Shown: positions 29,721-38,824 of the stretch, piece by piece
Position numbering within the stretch: position 1 is the stretch's first letter
Layout: each line of letters starts with the position of its first letter
NCBI GenBank assembly: GCA_040397965.1
Contig: JBBAUZ010000001.1
Location: 4,144 to 68,143 of the forward strand
Direction of reading: 5' to 3'
Source: Opitutales bacterium
Lineage (GTDB): Bacteria > Verrucomicrobiota > Verrucomicrobiia > Opitutales > UBA953
Length of the DNA stretch: 64,000 nucleotides
The notes under the pieces: model-generated
What the model was told of the DNA's origin: nothing
The model's input: the letters and a program-made list of their open reading frames with translations, nothing else
Databases searched by the model: none
Made by a program: the position numbers and the translations under genes

Positions 29721-30698
29721 ATGCCCATCTATAAAAACGTTTTAGAAACCATTGGTCGCACGCCTCTTGTCCGTTTGAACAAAGTGACAGAAGGTTTGGA
29801 CACTGAAATTTTAGTTAAGCTCGAGTACTTCAATCCACTCTCCAGCGTTAAAGATCGTATCGGTCGTGCGATGGTCGAAGCTGGTGAGCGCGATGGTCGT
29901 TTGAAGCCAGGTGGCACGATTGTTGAACCTACTTCGGGCAATACTGGTATTGCGTTAGCGTTCGTGGCCGCTGCTCGTGGTTACAAATGTATCTTAACCA
30001 TGCCAGAAACCATGTCGGTTGAGCGTCGCGTTCTATTACGCATGCTTGGCGCAGAAATTGTTTTAACGCCTGGTGCCAAGGGAATGCGTGGTGCCATTGA
30101 GCGTGCGACCGCTATTCGCCAAGAAATTGGTGACAGTGCTTACATGCCGATGCAGTTTGATAATCCTGCAAATCCTGAGGTTCATCGTCGCACCACCGCA
30201 GAAGAAATTTGGGCTGATACCGAAGGTAAAGTAGACGCTATTATTTCTGGCGTAGGTACAGGTGGAACCATCACCGGTGTTGCTTCAGTAATCAAGGGTC
30301 GCAACCCCAAGTTCCTTGCGATTGCCGTCGAGCCTTCCGCGAGTCCAGTGATTACCCAGACTCGTAACTCACAACCCGTGCAGCCTGCTCCTCACAAGAT
30401 CCAAGGTATCGGTGCTGGTTTCGTTCCTAAGAATTGCGACTTATCTTTAATCGACGAAGTTATTCAAGTTTCCAACGAAGATGCGTTTGCAACAGCGCTC
30501 GATGTTTCGGCACGTGAAGGTCTAGCCGTTGGTATTTCTTCAGGCGCAAATATTTGGGCATGTCTCCAATTAGCTAAGCGTCCTGAGTTCAAAGGTAAGC
30601 GCCTCGTCACGATCGCTTGTAGTCCTAGTGAGCGCTATCTCTCGACCGCTCTGGCGGAGAAGATTCGTGCTGAGGTCACAGCCTTAACCGCGTCGTAA
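29721..30698 (+). CDS. cysK: Cysteine synthase A (O-acetylserine sulfhydrylase)
   Basis: 325 aa. PLP-Lys context SVKDR, the TSGNTG loop, and GVGTGGTITG. Confidence 0.92.
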   Translation: MPIYKNVLETIGRTPLVRLNKVTEGLDTEILVKLEYFNPLSSVKDRIGRAMVEAGERDGRLKPGGTIVEPTSGNTGIALAFVAAARGYKCILTMPETMSVERRVLLRMLGAEIVLTPGAKGMRGAIERATAIRQEIGDSAYMPMQFDNPANPEVHRRTTAEEIWADTEGKVDAIISGVGTGGTITGVASVIKGRNPKFLAIAVEPSASPVITQTRNSQPVQPAPHKIQGIGAGFVPKNCDLSLIDEVIQVSNEDAFATALDVSAREGLAVGISSGANIWACLQLAKRPEFKGKRLVTIACSPSERYLSTALAEKIRAEVTALTAS

Positions 30699-30716
30699 TC
30701 TCAGGATAGATGACTC

Positions 30717-30748
30717 AAAAGGGCGGGCCGTAAGGACCCGCCTTTTTT
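30717..30748 (+). terminator. Rho-independent terminator after cysK
   Basis: GC-rich stem GGCGGG (30722-30727) / CCCGCC (30737-42), with an extra C-G pair after one mismatch. Followed by TTTTTT (30743-30748). Confidence 0.8.
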
Positions 30749-30793
30749 GTGTCCAGTTACTTTTACCCTTGAAAAGAGTGGTAAACGGATAGA

Positions 30794-30807
30794 TGAACAT
30801 ATGTTCA
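30794..30807. promoter_or_regulatory. SOS-box-like perfect palindrome (GAAC-N4-GTTC core) abutting the umuC start codon
   Basis: TGAACATATGTTCA is a perfect 14-bp palindrome ending 1 nt before the umuC ATG (30809). It overlaps a tandem repeat ATATGTTC/ATATGTTA (30799-30814). Confidence 0.6.
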
Positions 30808-30808
30808 T

Positions 30809-32113
30809 ATGTTACGAGCCCTTGCCGATTGTAATAATTTTTTCGCCTCCTGTGAACGGGCGTTAAATCCGGCACTCATTGGAGTCCCGATTGTCGTTCT
30901 GTCCAACAACGATGGATGCGTCATCGCCCGATCGAGCGAAGCGAAGGTCTTGGGCATTCCGATGGGCGCACCGTTTTTTCAGGTACGTCGAGTTTGCGAA
31001 GCACACTCGGTAAAAGTTTTTTCCTCAAACTTTTCTGTGTACGGAGATTTTTCGGAACGAGTGATGGAGGTCTTAGCTAAACAGGCACGCGACTTTGAAT
31101 CCTATTCCATCGACGAAGCCTTTTTAGGTTTTCCCGATATGCCTGAAGCGGATGCACGGGCCTTAGGTCATCGAATTCGTAACGATGTATTATCAACGAC
31201 CGGCATTTCCGTTTCCATTGGCATGGGAGCGACGAAAGTTTTATGCAAGCTCGCTAATGAAAGAGCCAAGAGCGATCCAGAGTCGGGTGGAGTGATTGTT
31301 GTTCCGTATTCACCTGCGGGTCGCGAAGAGTTTTTGAAGGGAGTTAAGACGCGCGATATTTGGGGCGTAGGTAAAGGTTTGGCCACGCGACTGCGTGGTC
31401 ATGGCATTCTCTCGGCGCAAGATTTAGCCGAGGCTGATCCTGCATTTATTCGACGATTGGCTGGGGTGGTGGGAGAGCGCATTGCCCTAGAATTAAGGGG
31501 GATTCCTTGTCATGAGATTATCGAAAACCCTGAGGCACGTAAGAGTATCATGGTTTCGCGTTCGTTCGGACGTCCGGTGAGCGACTTCACTGATTTATCC
31601 GAGGCTGTCGCCATGCATGCCGTGCGTGCGGCGGAAAAACTTCGTCAGGAAAATCTAGCCACGTCCACGGTCACTGTCTTTTTTGGTACAAATCGTTTTC
31701 AGAAAGAAGCCGCCCAGTATGGCGCGAGCGAAACGGAAGAGATTGATTTTCTGACGGATGACTTAGGTGTGATTGGTGCCATGGCGCAACGCGCCTTAAA
31801 GCGAATTTTTAGAGAAGGCTATTTTTATAAAAAAGCCGGTGTGTTATTAAATGAATTATCCTCGAAGGATGTTGTTCAGGAAACGCTGCCTGGATTAGGT
31901 ACAGCGATGCCATCGTCACGCAATCGATTGATGAAGGCAGTGGATACTCTGAATGCTAAGTTAGGCAAGGAAGCTGTTCGACCAGCGAGCACGGGCTTTG
32001 AGCGTAAATGGAAAAGTAAATCCGAACAGTTGTCGGAAAATTCGCAGACGCAGGAAAAAGCGTTACCCAAAACGAATGGCGTGCCCAAGCGTCGGATTCG
32101 TTTTCACGAATGA
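30809..32113 (+). CDS. umuC: Y-family translesion DNA polymerase, UmuC-like
   Basis: 434 aa. The N-terminus MLRALADCNNFFASCERALNPALIGVPIVVLSNNDGCVIARSSEAKVLGIPMG is collinear with E. coli UmuC (MFALCDVNAFYASCE...VVVLSNNDGCVIAR). No umuD-like gene is adjacent. Confidence 0.85.
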   Translation: MLRALADCNNFFASCERALNPALIGVPIVVLSNNDGCVIARSSEAKVLGIPMGAPFFQVRRVCEAHSVKVFSSNFSVYGDFSERVMEVLAKQARDFESYSIDEAFLGFPDMPEADARALGHRIRNDVLSTTGISVSIGMGATKVLCKLANERAKSDPESGGVIVVPYSPAGREEFLKGVKTRDIWGVGKGLATRLRGHGILSAQDLAEADPAFIRRLAGVVGERIALELRGIPCHEIIENPEARKSIMVSRSFGRPVSDFTDLSEAVAMHAVRAAEKLRQENLATSTVTVFFGTNRFQKEAAQYGASETEEIDFLTDDLGVIGAMAQRALKRIFREGYFYKKAGVLLNELSSKDVVQETLPGLGTAMPSSRNRLMKAVDTLNAKLGKEAVRPASTGFERKWKSKSEQLSENSQTQEKALPKTNGVPKRRIRFHE

Positions 32114-32118
32114 CGATA

Positions 32119-32724
32119 CTACCAAGTTTCTGATAGCTTAAGCAGTTTCGCTTCAGCTGCGGTCATCGCATCGGCCCGATCTTTATCACTGCTATTTACA
32201 CCTTCGGCGTGAACGAAGGTAACGTCCGTTATCCCAATGAAACCTAATATCGTTCTTAGGTATGGCTCTTGGAAATCGTAGGCGGTACCCGCCACGAAGC
32301 CGCCACGGGACGTCACGACGAGGGCTTTTTTACCTCTCACCAGTGGAACGGGACCTTCTTCGGTGATTTTAAAACTCATATCGGTGCGCACCACTTGATC
32401 GATCCAGGCTTTGAGTGAGGCTGACACATTAAAGTTATGCATTGGGGAGGCGATGAGTAGGGCGTCACACGCTAATAACTCGGCGGCTAATTCATCAGAG
32501 TGGTGGAGTGCGCCTTTCATGGCTGGGTCGTTGAAGTCTCCTTTGGCAAAGGCCGCACCTATCCAGGCGTCGGAAATAAAAGGGGGAGGGTTATGTCCCA
32601 CGTCGCGATGGATGACTTTAAGGTCGGGATGACTCAGCCGTAAGGCACTGACGAAGGAGGCACTCAACTTCCGCGTCACCGATCGCACGGTGCGCGGAGA
32701 AGCGTCGATATGCAGCAACTTCAT
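32119..32724 (-). CDS. azoR: FMN-dependent NADH-azoreductase
   Basis: 201 aa. MKLLHIDASPR N-terminus and flavodoxin-like fold typical of AzoR/AcpD. Confidence 0.85.
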   Translation of the reverse strand: MKLLHIDASPRTVRSVTRKLSASFVSALRLSHPDLKVIHRDVGHNPPPFISDAWIGAAFAKGDFNDPAMKGALHHSDELAAELLACDALLIASPMHNFNVSASLKAWIDQVVRTDMSFKITEEGPVPLVRGKKALVVTSRGGFVAGTAYDFQEPYLRTILGFIGITDVTFVHAEGVNSSDKDRADAMTAAEAKLLKLSETW

Positions 32725-32780
32725 TATGCGTTAACATAATCTGAAAAGTTGCTGAGTCAACGCCCAGTCGAATGTACCGA

Positions 32781-34673
32781 CTAAACTTCCCAGTCTTCGG
32801 CCTTTGATTGTAGAATTTTATCTAAGGCGTTAATGACTAATTCCACGGCTTGCGTCGTCGAAAGTTTATCGGTGCGGATGTGTACCTCGGGTGCTTCGGG
32901 TGCTTCGTAGGGTGAAGAGATACCTGTGAATTCAGGAATTTCACCGCGACGAGCCTTAGCGTAGAGACCTTTAACATCGCGCGATTCACAGACTTCGAGC
33001 GGAGCATCTACAAAGACTTCGATGAAGGCGTGATTAGCTAGGGCCGCACGGGCTTTGGCACGGTCGGCAGCGAGCGGAGCAATTAGGGTAACCAGAGCGA
33101 TATGTCCGGCATTAGCAAAGAGACCAGCGACGGCGGAGGCACGACGGACGCTTTCCGCGCGATCGGTGGCGGAGAAACCAAGGTCGCGATTCAGTGCAGT
33201 ACGTAGGTCATCACCATCCACTCGGAAAACTTTCTTACCGGCGTCGAACAAGCGACGTTCGACTAATTCAGCAATCGTGGATTTGCCTGAACCAGAAAGA
33301 CCCGTGAACCAAATCACAGCAGGGGAGTGTCCAGCCCGGGCGGTGCGTTCCGCGGCGGTGACTTTTCCTTCGCCCGATGTCTTTTCGGAAATCGAATCTA
33401 AAATAATTCCGCCGCCATTGATCCGTCCTTTGTCTTCAAGGGCAAAGCGACCCGTGATGGCACACTCGCTGTGTAAATCGAAGGCAATCGGGCGGGTGGC
33501 TCGGACAATCACTTCACAAATCGTATCGCGAGGAACGGTAGAAGCTTCAATCGACTCGAGAGAGGAGGCGTCGGTAATCTTTTCGATTTTCGCAATGACG
33601 GCTTCGACGTTTTGGGTCAGCAGGCGGAGGCGGTAAGTTTTATTGGGTTGGAGGGGTTCTTTACCGAGCCAGAAAATACGGGCACGGAATTCACGACCCA
33701 CGCGAGGTTGTTGATTCGGGTGAGCGGCGACTTGTCCACGCTCCACGAAGATTTGTTCGCTGAGACTGAAATTAGCGGAGTCACCCGTACCGGCAACTTC
33801 GCGAGAAGGGCCTGGCCAATCTTCGAAAGTTCGGACGGTGCTACGACGGCCACCGGGTTGGAAAATCAGTTCATCACCCGGGCGAATAGCACCGGCTTCG
33901 ACGCGACCCGCGATAATGCGTCGATGGTCGAAGCGATAAATATCGGATACAGGCATGCGCAAGGGCAGGCCGGTGAGGTCATCCTCATGATTAAAGTTAT
34001 CGAGAGCTTCGGCGACGGTGGGGCCTTTCCACCACGACATCTTATCGGAGCGTTGAACCACGTTTTCACCGTGTTTAGCAGCAATCGGAATGAAATGAAC
34101 CGCGGTTAAGCCAAGTGATTTTAAGAACGCAGTATACTCGACTTTGATTTTTTCATAGGTCGACTGATCGTGCTTAATTAAATCCATCTTGTTCACGAGC
34201 ACGACGAGTTGTTTTACGCCGAGCAGTGAAAGTAAGAAAGCGTGGCGACGAGACTGATCCATAACGCCTTCATTGGCGTCGATGAGTAGCAAGGCAGCTG
34301 AGGCACTCGCGGCACCGGTCACCATGTTTTTCAAAAATTCTTTGTGGCCTGGGGCATCGATGATGGCGTAGGCACGTTTCGTTGTACGGAAAAAGATACG
34401 AGTCGTATCGATTGTGATGTTCTGCTCTTGTTCTTCTAAGAGAGCATCGAGCAAGAAGGCATATTCAAATTCCATACCCTCGGCGGCACAGTTTTTACGA
34501 ACCTGCTCGAGTTTACCGTTAGGGAGTGAGTCCGTTTCGTGTAATAAACGTCCGACGAAGGTCGATTTACCGTGGTCGACGTGGCCGACGACGACGACGT
34601 GCATTTTGCGCATGTCTTCGATGTCAGGTTGAACTGATTTTTGGACTGAAGAAATTTTAGATGTTTGAGACAT
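32781..34673 (-). CDS. cysNC: Bifunctional sulfate adenylyltransferase subunit 1 / adenylylsulfate kinase (CysN-CysC fusion)
   Basis: 630 aa. N-terminal GTPase motifs [14 protein letters not shown] and NKMD. C-terminal APS-kinase P-loop [11 protein letters not shown]. Confidence 0.92.
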   Translation of the reverse strand: MSQTSKISSVQKSVQPDIEDMRKMHVVVVGHVDHGKSTFVGRLLHETDSLPNGKLEQVRKNCAAEGMEFEYAFLLDALLEEQEQNITIDTTRIFFRTTKRAYAIIDAPGHKEFLKNMVTGAASASAALLLIDANEGVMDQSRRHAFLLSLLGVKQLVVLVNKMDLIKHDQSTYEKIKVEYTAFLKSLGLTAVHFIPIAAKHGENVVQRSDKMSWWKGPTVAEALDNFNHEDDLTGLPLRMPVSDIYRFDHRRIIAGRVEAGAIRPGDELIFQPGGRRSTVRTFEDWPGPSREVAGTGDSANFSLSEQIFVERGQVAAHPNQQPRVGREFRARIFWLGKEPLQPNKTYRLRLLTQNVEAVIAKIEKITDASSLESIEASTVPRDTICEVIVRATRPIAFDLHSECAITGRFALEDKGRINGGGIILDSISEKTSGEGKVTAAERTARAGHSPAVIWFTGLSGSGKSTIAELVERRLFDAGKKVFRVDGDDLRTALNRDLGFSATDRAESVRRASAVAGLFANAGHIALVTLIAPLAADRAKARAALANHAFIEVFVDAPLEVCESRDVKGLYAKARRGEIPEFTGISSPYEAPEAPEVHIRTDKLSTTQAVELVINALDKILQSKAEDWEV

Positions 34674-34691
34674 TTTGAAAAGGTATAGGAA

Positions 34692-35513
34692 TTACATGAA
34701 GCCCTTAGCGCGGAGGGCTTGCATAGAGTTACGACCGACGTGGTCTTGGGCACGGCCCGCACGTTCGCTAACGCGGGTGAGTTTTAATTCCTCAATCACT
34801 TCATCAATATTGCTCGCGGGACTATCGACGGGGTGAGTGATGGGGTGGCAGCCGAGTGAACGGAAGCGTTTTCCATTACGGGCGAAGTAAAGGGTAGGAT
34901 TAGGAATATTTTCGCGACGGATGTATTCCCAAATATCTAGTTCAGTCCACTCGAGCAGAGGTTGCACTCGAACGTGTCCGCCTTCGGGAGCGGTGGATGC
35001 AAATTGGCCCCAGAACTCAGGCGGTTGATCTTTATAATCCCAAACACCTTCGGCGGAACGGGGTGAGAACCAGCGCTCCTTAGCTCGGGTAGGATCTTCG
35101 TCACGGCGAATACCGGTAACCAGTGCATCCCATTTAAATTCATCAATCGCGGCTTTGAGCGGAACGGTTTTAAGTTCGTGCGTTACGGTCACTGGATCGT
35201 GTGTAGCGTAGCCGATACCGCGACGGATAGCGTCTTCGTTGATACGCACGATTAAATCGATGCCGTGAATCTCTTTGGCCTTTTCGCGAAACTCATACAT
35301 CTCGGGAAACTCGTAAGTAGTATCGATGTGTAAAAGAGGGAAAGGGATTTTACCGCAGAATGCTTTACGGGCTAACCAGATGAGCACGTTGGAATCTTTA
35401 CCCATGGACCAGGGCATGCACACGGAGCGGAAATTAGCGAAAGCTTCACGGAAGATGTGAATGGAGGTTTGCTCCAATCGGGTGAGGTGATCGTTTTGAG
35501 CGTTACGTGACAT
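34692..35513 (-). CDS. cysD: Sulfate adenylyltransferase subunit 2
   Basis: 273 aa. PAPS-reductase-like ATP pyrophosphatase fold (SMGKDS motif) with a CysD-typical C-terminus. Confidence 0.92.
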   Translation of the reverse strand: MSRNAQNDHLTRLEQTSIHIFREAFANFRSVCMPWSMGKDSNVLIWLARKAFCGKIPFPLLHIDTTYEFPEMYEFREKAKEIHGIDLIVRINEDAIRRGIGYATHDPVTVTHELKTVPLKAAIDEFKWDALVTGIRRDEDPTRAKERWFSPRSAEGVWDYKDQPPEFWGQFASTAPEGGHVRVQPLLEWTELDIWEYIRRENIPNPTLYFARNGKRFRSLGCHPITHPVDSPASNIDEVIEELKLTRVSERAGRAQDHVGRNSMQALRAKGFM

Positions 35514-35519
35514 GATTAA

Positions 35520-36233
35520 TTATTTTTTAATATTTTTAGTGTGAATTCCGCATTCTTTTTTATCGAAGCCAGGCCAGCGCCCGCCGCGTTCGTTGTCGGA
35601 ATTTGAAATTTGGGTGCAAGGCCAGCAACCGATGGAGCGATAACCTCGGTCGTGTAAGACATTATGAGGTAATTGATGCTCTTTGAGGTAGGCCCAGACC
35701 TGTTCGCGGCTCCAATCGACGAGAGGGTTGAGTTTCCAGACGTCAGAATTGTCGGGTCGAGAAGCCAAACTGAGTACAGGCGTGGCGGAGCGCTCAGCAC
35801 TTTGATCACGACGCATACCCGTAATCCATAAGTCTAAATCGAATAACTTTTTGCCGAGTGAATCGACTTTACGTAACTCACAGCACTTTTCGGGATTTGT
35901 TTTCCAAAGCTCGGGACCGTGGGAGATAGCTTGTTGCTCAACAGTCTCGAGTGGGTGCACTTCTTCGATTTGAATATTAAGAGCGGTCTCTAATTTCTTT
36001 TTAAGTTCGAGAGTTTCAGGAAAGAGTAGTCCGGTGTTTAACGTGAACGCAGGAATTTTCAGGCCTGCTGTCTTGGTTAAGTGCATGATGACAATCCCCG
36101 CCGGTTGAAAACTTGTACCAATACCTACTCGTGCTCCGAAGGTATCCGCCGCCCAGCGCAAACGATCGTCGGGGGCAAAGTTTAATAACTTGGCCTCCAG
36201 AGCGTTGAGCTGACTGGGATCGGGTACGGGCAT
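35520..36233 (-). CDS. cysH: Adenylylsulfate/phosphoadenylylsulfate reductase, Fe-S-cluster (APS-reductase-like) type
   Basis: 237 aa. Cys pairs KCCELRKV and GCWPCT, plus the C-terminal catalytic KECGIH. Confidence 0.88.
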   Translation of the reverse strand: MPVPDPSQLNALEAKLLNFAPDDRLRWAADTFGARVGIGTSFQPAGIVIMHLTKTAGLKIPAFTLNTGLLFPETLELKKKLETALNIQIEEVHPLETVEQQAISHGPELWKTNPEKCCELRKVDSLGKKLFDLDLWITGMRRDQSAERSATPVLSLASRPDNSDVWKLNPLVDWSREQVWAYLKEHQLPHNVLHDRGYRSIGCWPCTQISNSDNERGGRWPGFDKKECGIHTKNIKK

Positions 36234-36240
36234 TATTTAA

Positions 36241-37983
36241 TTAAGCAGGTGTAGTGGGAGCAGGCCAGACGGCGGCGTCGTTAACCCAATCGCCGAAAGC
36301 TTGTCCACTCTTACGCTGTTGGGCGTATTGTTTGAAGAGTTCACCGATGGCTACGGGAATTTCATCCAGTAAAACAGATTCTTTCCAGGTGCGTGCTAAG
36401 CGTGTGCCTTCGCGGTTTCCGCCTAACATCAGGTTGTATTTACCAGGTGCTTTGCCGACGAGGCCGATTTCGGCGTTGTACGGACGGGCACAACCATTGG
36501 GGCAACCAGTCATACGAACGACGAGCTCTTCGTTGGCGATGCCAGCGGCGGCTTGAGCGTCTTCGATTTTAGCGAGTAAGGCAGGGAAGATTCGTTCGGA
36601 TTCAGCTAAGGCCAATCCGCAGGTAGGGAGAGCAGGGCAAGCCATGCCGCGACCTTTGATTAAGCCAGGGTTGAATACGATGCTGCAACCGTGGTCTTTC
36701 AGAATCTTTTCAATCGCCGATTTATTTTCTTCTTTGATATCAGACAGAATTAAATTCTGTGTCGCGGTTAAACGAAACACGGGACCGAATTTTTCAGCGA
36801 TCGAACGTAGGGCGGTTTTTAATTTGTAATCACCGGCATCTTTCACGCGGCCCGTTTCGATAAAGAGTCCGAGGAACCACTGACCGTCCAATTGTTTGAA
36901 CCAACCGAAGGCATCGCCTTGACCTTTGAAGATGAAAGGCTTGGCAGCGGGCAACGGAGCACCGAGGCGTTGGGCGAGTTCGTTACGGAACCATTCCACA
37001 CCTTTTTCTTGTAAGACATATTTAATGCGAGCGTGTTTGCGGTCGGTGCGATCACCCCAATCGCGGTGAATGGCGACGACGGCGCTACCGACTTCTACGA
37101 CTTGTTCGCGGGTGATGAAGCCGATGACGTCGGCGAGGCGAGGGTAGGTGAGTTTGTTACCGTGAGAGGTGCCCAGGCCACCACCGACTAAAAGATTATA
37201 GCCGATTAATTTACCGTTCTCAACGATGGCCACAAAGCCCATATCATTGGTGAAGATGTCGGTATCGTTATTAGGAGGAATAGCGAAGCCGGTCTTGAAT
37301 TTACGGGGTAAATAAGTTTTTCCGTAGAGAGGATCGACGGGCGCACCCGAATCATCGCTGTCCGCAGGAGGTGGCATGTAAGGATTAGCTTGGTCAGCAC
37401 TCGCACGGGCTTTCGCAACCGTTTCGCCGATGCCTAAATCAAGTGATACGCCATCTACCCAAATCGAGTGGTACGCCGTGGTGCGAGGAAGCAGCGCACG
37501 AGTGATGGCGAAAGCATCTTCATCAACCGCTACACCGATTGAATCCACTGGAGGATTGGAAGGGGCGGTAACATTGCGATTCACATCGCCGCAAGTCGCG
37601 AGAGTAGAACTTAAAGCTTCGTTGATGGATTTGATTAAATTACCAATTCCTTTTTGCAGGACGCCGTGGAATTGGAAAGTTTGACGAGAGGTGATGCGTA
37701 ATGTTCCGTTCGCAAATAAGCTCGAGAGTTCGTCGTACACGATGTACTGAGATGCTGGAACGATACCGCCGGTCTGACGCGTGCGTACCATCACGGAATA
37801 TTCTTTGGCGACCTTGCGCTTATCACGGTCGTCTTGTTGGTAAATTCCGTGGAACTTAATGAACTGCTCATCGTCGCCACTGAAGCGATCGAGGGAGGGG
37901 TCCGCCAAGGTTGCCCGAATGTTGCCCGATAAATCAGGCTTTTCGGCTTTCATGAATTCGTTCTTGGTGAGTGGTTTTTCCAT
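36241..37983 (-). CDS. cysI: Assimilatory sulfite reductase hemoprotein (CysI/Sir family)
   Basis: 580 aa. Nitrite/sulfite reductase repeats. Siroheme/4Fe-4S Cys cluster (GCPNGCARP, and MACPALPTCGLA earlier). No cysJ is adjacent. Confidence 0.85.
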   Translation of the reverse strand: MEKPLTKNEFMKAEKPDLSGNIRATLADPSLDRFSGDDEQFIKFHGIYQQDDRDKRKVAKEYSVMVRTRQTGGIVPASQYIVYDELSSLFANGTLRITSRQTFQFHGVLQKGIGNLIKSINEALSSTLATCGDVNRNVTAPSNPPVDSIGVAVDEDAFAITRALLPRTTAYHSIWVDGVSLDLGIGETVAKARASADQANPYMPPPADSDDSGAPVDPLYGKTYLPRKFKTGFAIPPNNDTDIFTNDMGFVAIVENGKLIGYNLLVGGGLGTSHGNKLTYPRLADVIGFITREQVVEVGSAVVAIHRDWGDRTDRKHARIKYVLQEKGVEWFRNELAQRLGAPLPAAKPFIFKGQGDAFGWFKQLDGQWFLGLFIETGRVKDAGDYKLKTALRSIAEKFGPVFRLTATQNLILSDIKEENKSAIEKILKDHGCSIVFNPGLIKGRGMACPALPTCGLALAESERIFPALLAKIEDAQAAAGIANEELVVRMTGCPNGCARPYNAEIGLVGKAPGKYNLMLGGNREGTRLARTWKESVLLDEIPVAIGELFKQYAQQRKSGQAFGDWVNDAAVWPAPTTPA

Positions 37984-38001
37984 AGTGATTATTGGTTAAA
38001 T

Positions 38002-38052
38002 TTTATACTTGATAAGATTACCAAAGATTACATATATAGGGTCAAGTATAAA
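38002..38052. promoter_or_regulatory. Candidate operator in the divergent cysI/cobA promoter region
   Basis: Perfect 11-bp inverted repeat TTTATACTTGA (38002-38012) / TCAAGTATAAA (38042-38052). It brackets two copies of AAGATTAC (38014-38021 and 38024-38031) spaced 10 bp apart. The whole intergenic region is about 73 bp and very AT-rich. Confidence 0.45.
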
Positions 38053-38056
38053 TTTA

Positions 38057-38824
38057 ATGGTTAATAATAACAGTGGCCGGGTGGTCTTCGTAGGGGCAGG
38101 GCCTGGGGCACCTGACTTGATCACGGTACGTGGTTTGAAATACTTACGGGCGGCTGATGTGGTCATTTATGACAGTTTGCCCGGGGATGATTTACTCCAA
38201 GAAATTTCACCTAAAGCCCGAGTCATTTCGGTGGGTAAAAGATGTGGTGTGCATTCGGTCACCCAGTCTGAGATTAATTCCATTATTAGTATTGAAGCGC
38301 AGCGTTCGCATTTAGTCGTAAGATTAAAAGGTGGAGATCCCTGTATCTTTGGACGTCTCGGTGAGGAGATTGAACACTTATTGAGTGAAGGAATTCCTTT
38401 CGAGGTCGTACCTGGAATTACAGCGGCGACGGCGGCGGGAGCGGATGCAGGATTTTCATTAACGCATCGAGGCAAAGCTGCTTCGGTAACCTTTTTAACC
38501 GGACACTGTGCCGATGGTTCGGATCAGAATTGGTCGGCGCATGTGCAAACCGGTGCGACGCTCTGTTTATACATGGGTGCAAAAAAATTACCGGAAGTTG
38601 CGCAGAAGTTAATCAACGCGGGAGCCGATAAGAGCATGCCTGTGCGATTACTCTCTAAAATTTCTCAAGTAGGCGCGACTGATGTTTTAACCACTTTAAC
38701 GGATCTCTCTGAGAATAAAGTAGATCTAGTTTCTTTACCTACGCCTTTAATTGCAGTGGTCGGCGTAGTCGTATCGAACTCCCCATTAAGCGATTTAGCA
38801 GGCAGTTTTGAAGAGACCCTCTAA
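38057..38824 (+). CDS. cobA: Uroporphyrinogen-III C-methyltransferase (SUMT domain only)
   Basis: Start set at the ATG at 38057 (MVNNNSGRVVFVGAGPGAPDLITVRG), the usual SUMT N-terminus. The track start is TTG at 38009. GAGPGDP-like motif and a TP-methylase fold. Confidence 0.85.
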   Translation: MVNNNSGRVVFVGAGPGAPDLITVRGLKYLRAADVVIYDSLPGDDLLQEISPKARVISVGKRCGVHSVTQSEINSIISIEAQRSHLVVRLKGGDPCIFGRLGEEIEHLLSEGIPFEVVPGITAATAAGADAGFSLTHRGKAASVTFLTGHCADGSDQNWSAHVQTGATLCLYMGAKKLPEVAQKLINAGADKSMPVRLLSKISQVGATDVLTTLTDLSENKVDLVSLPTPLIAVVGVVVSNSPLSDLAGSFEETL

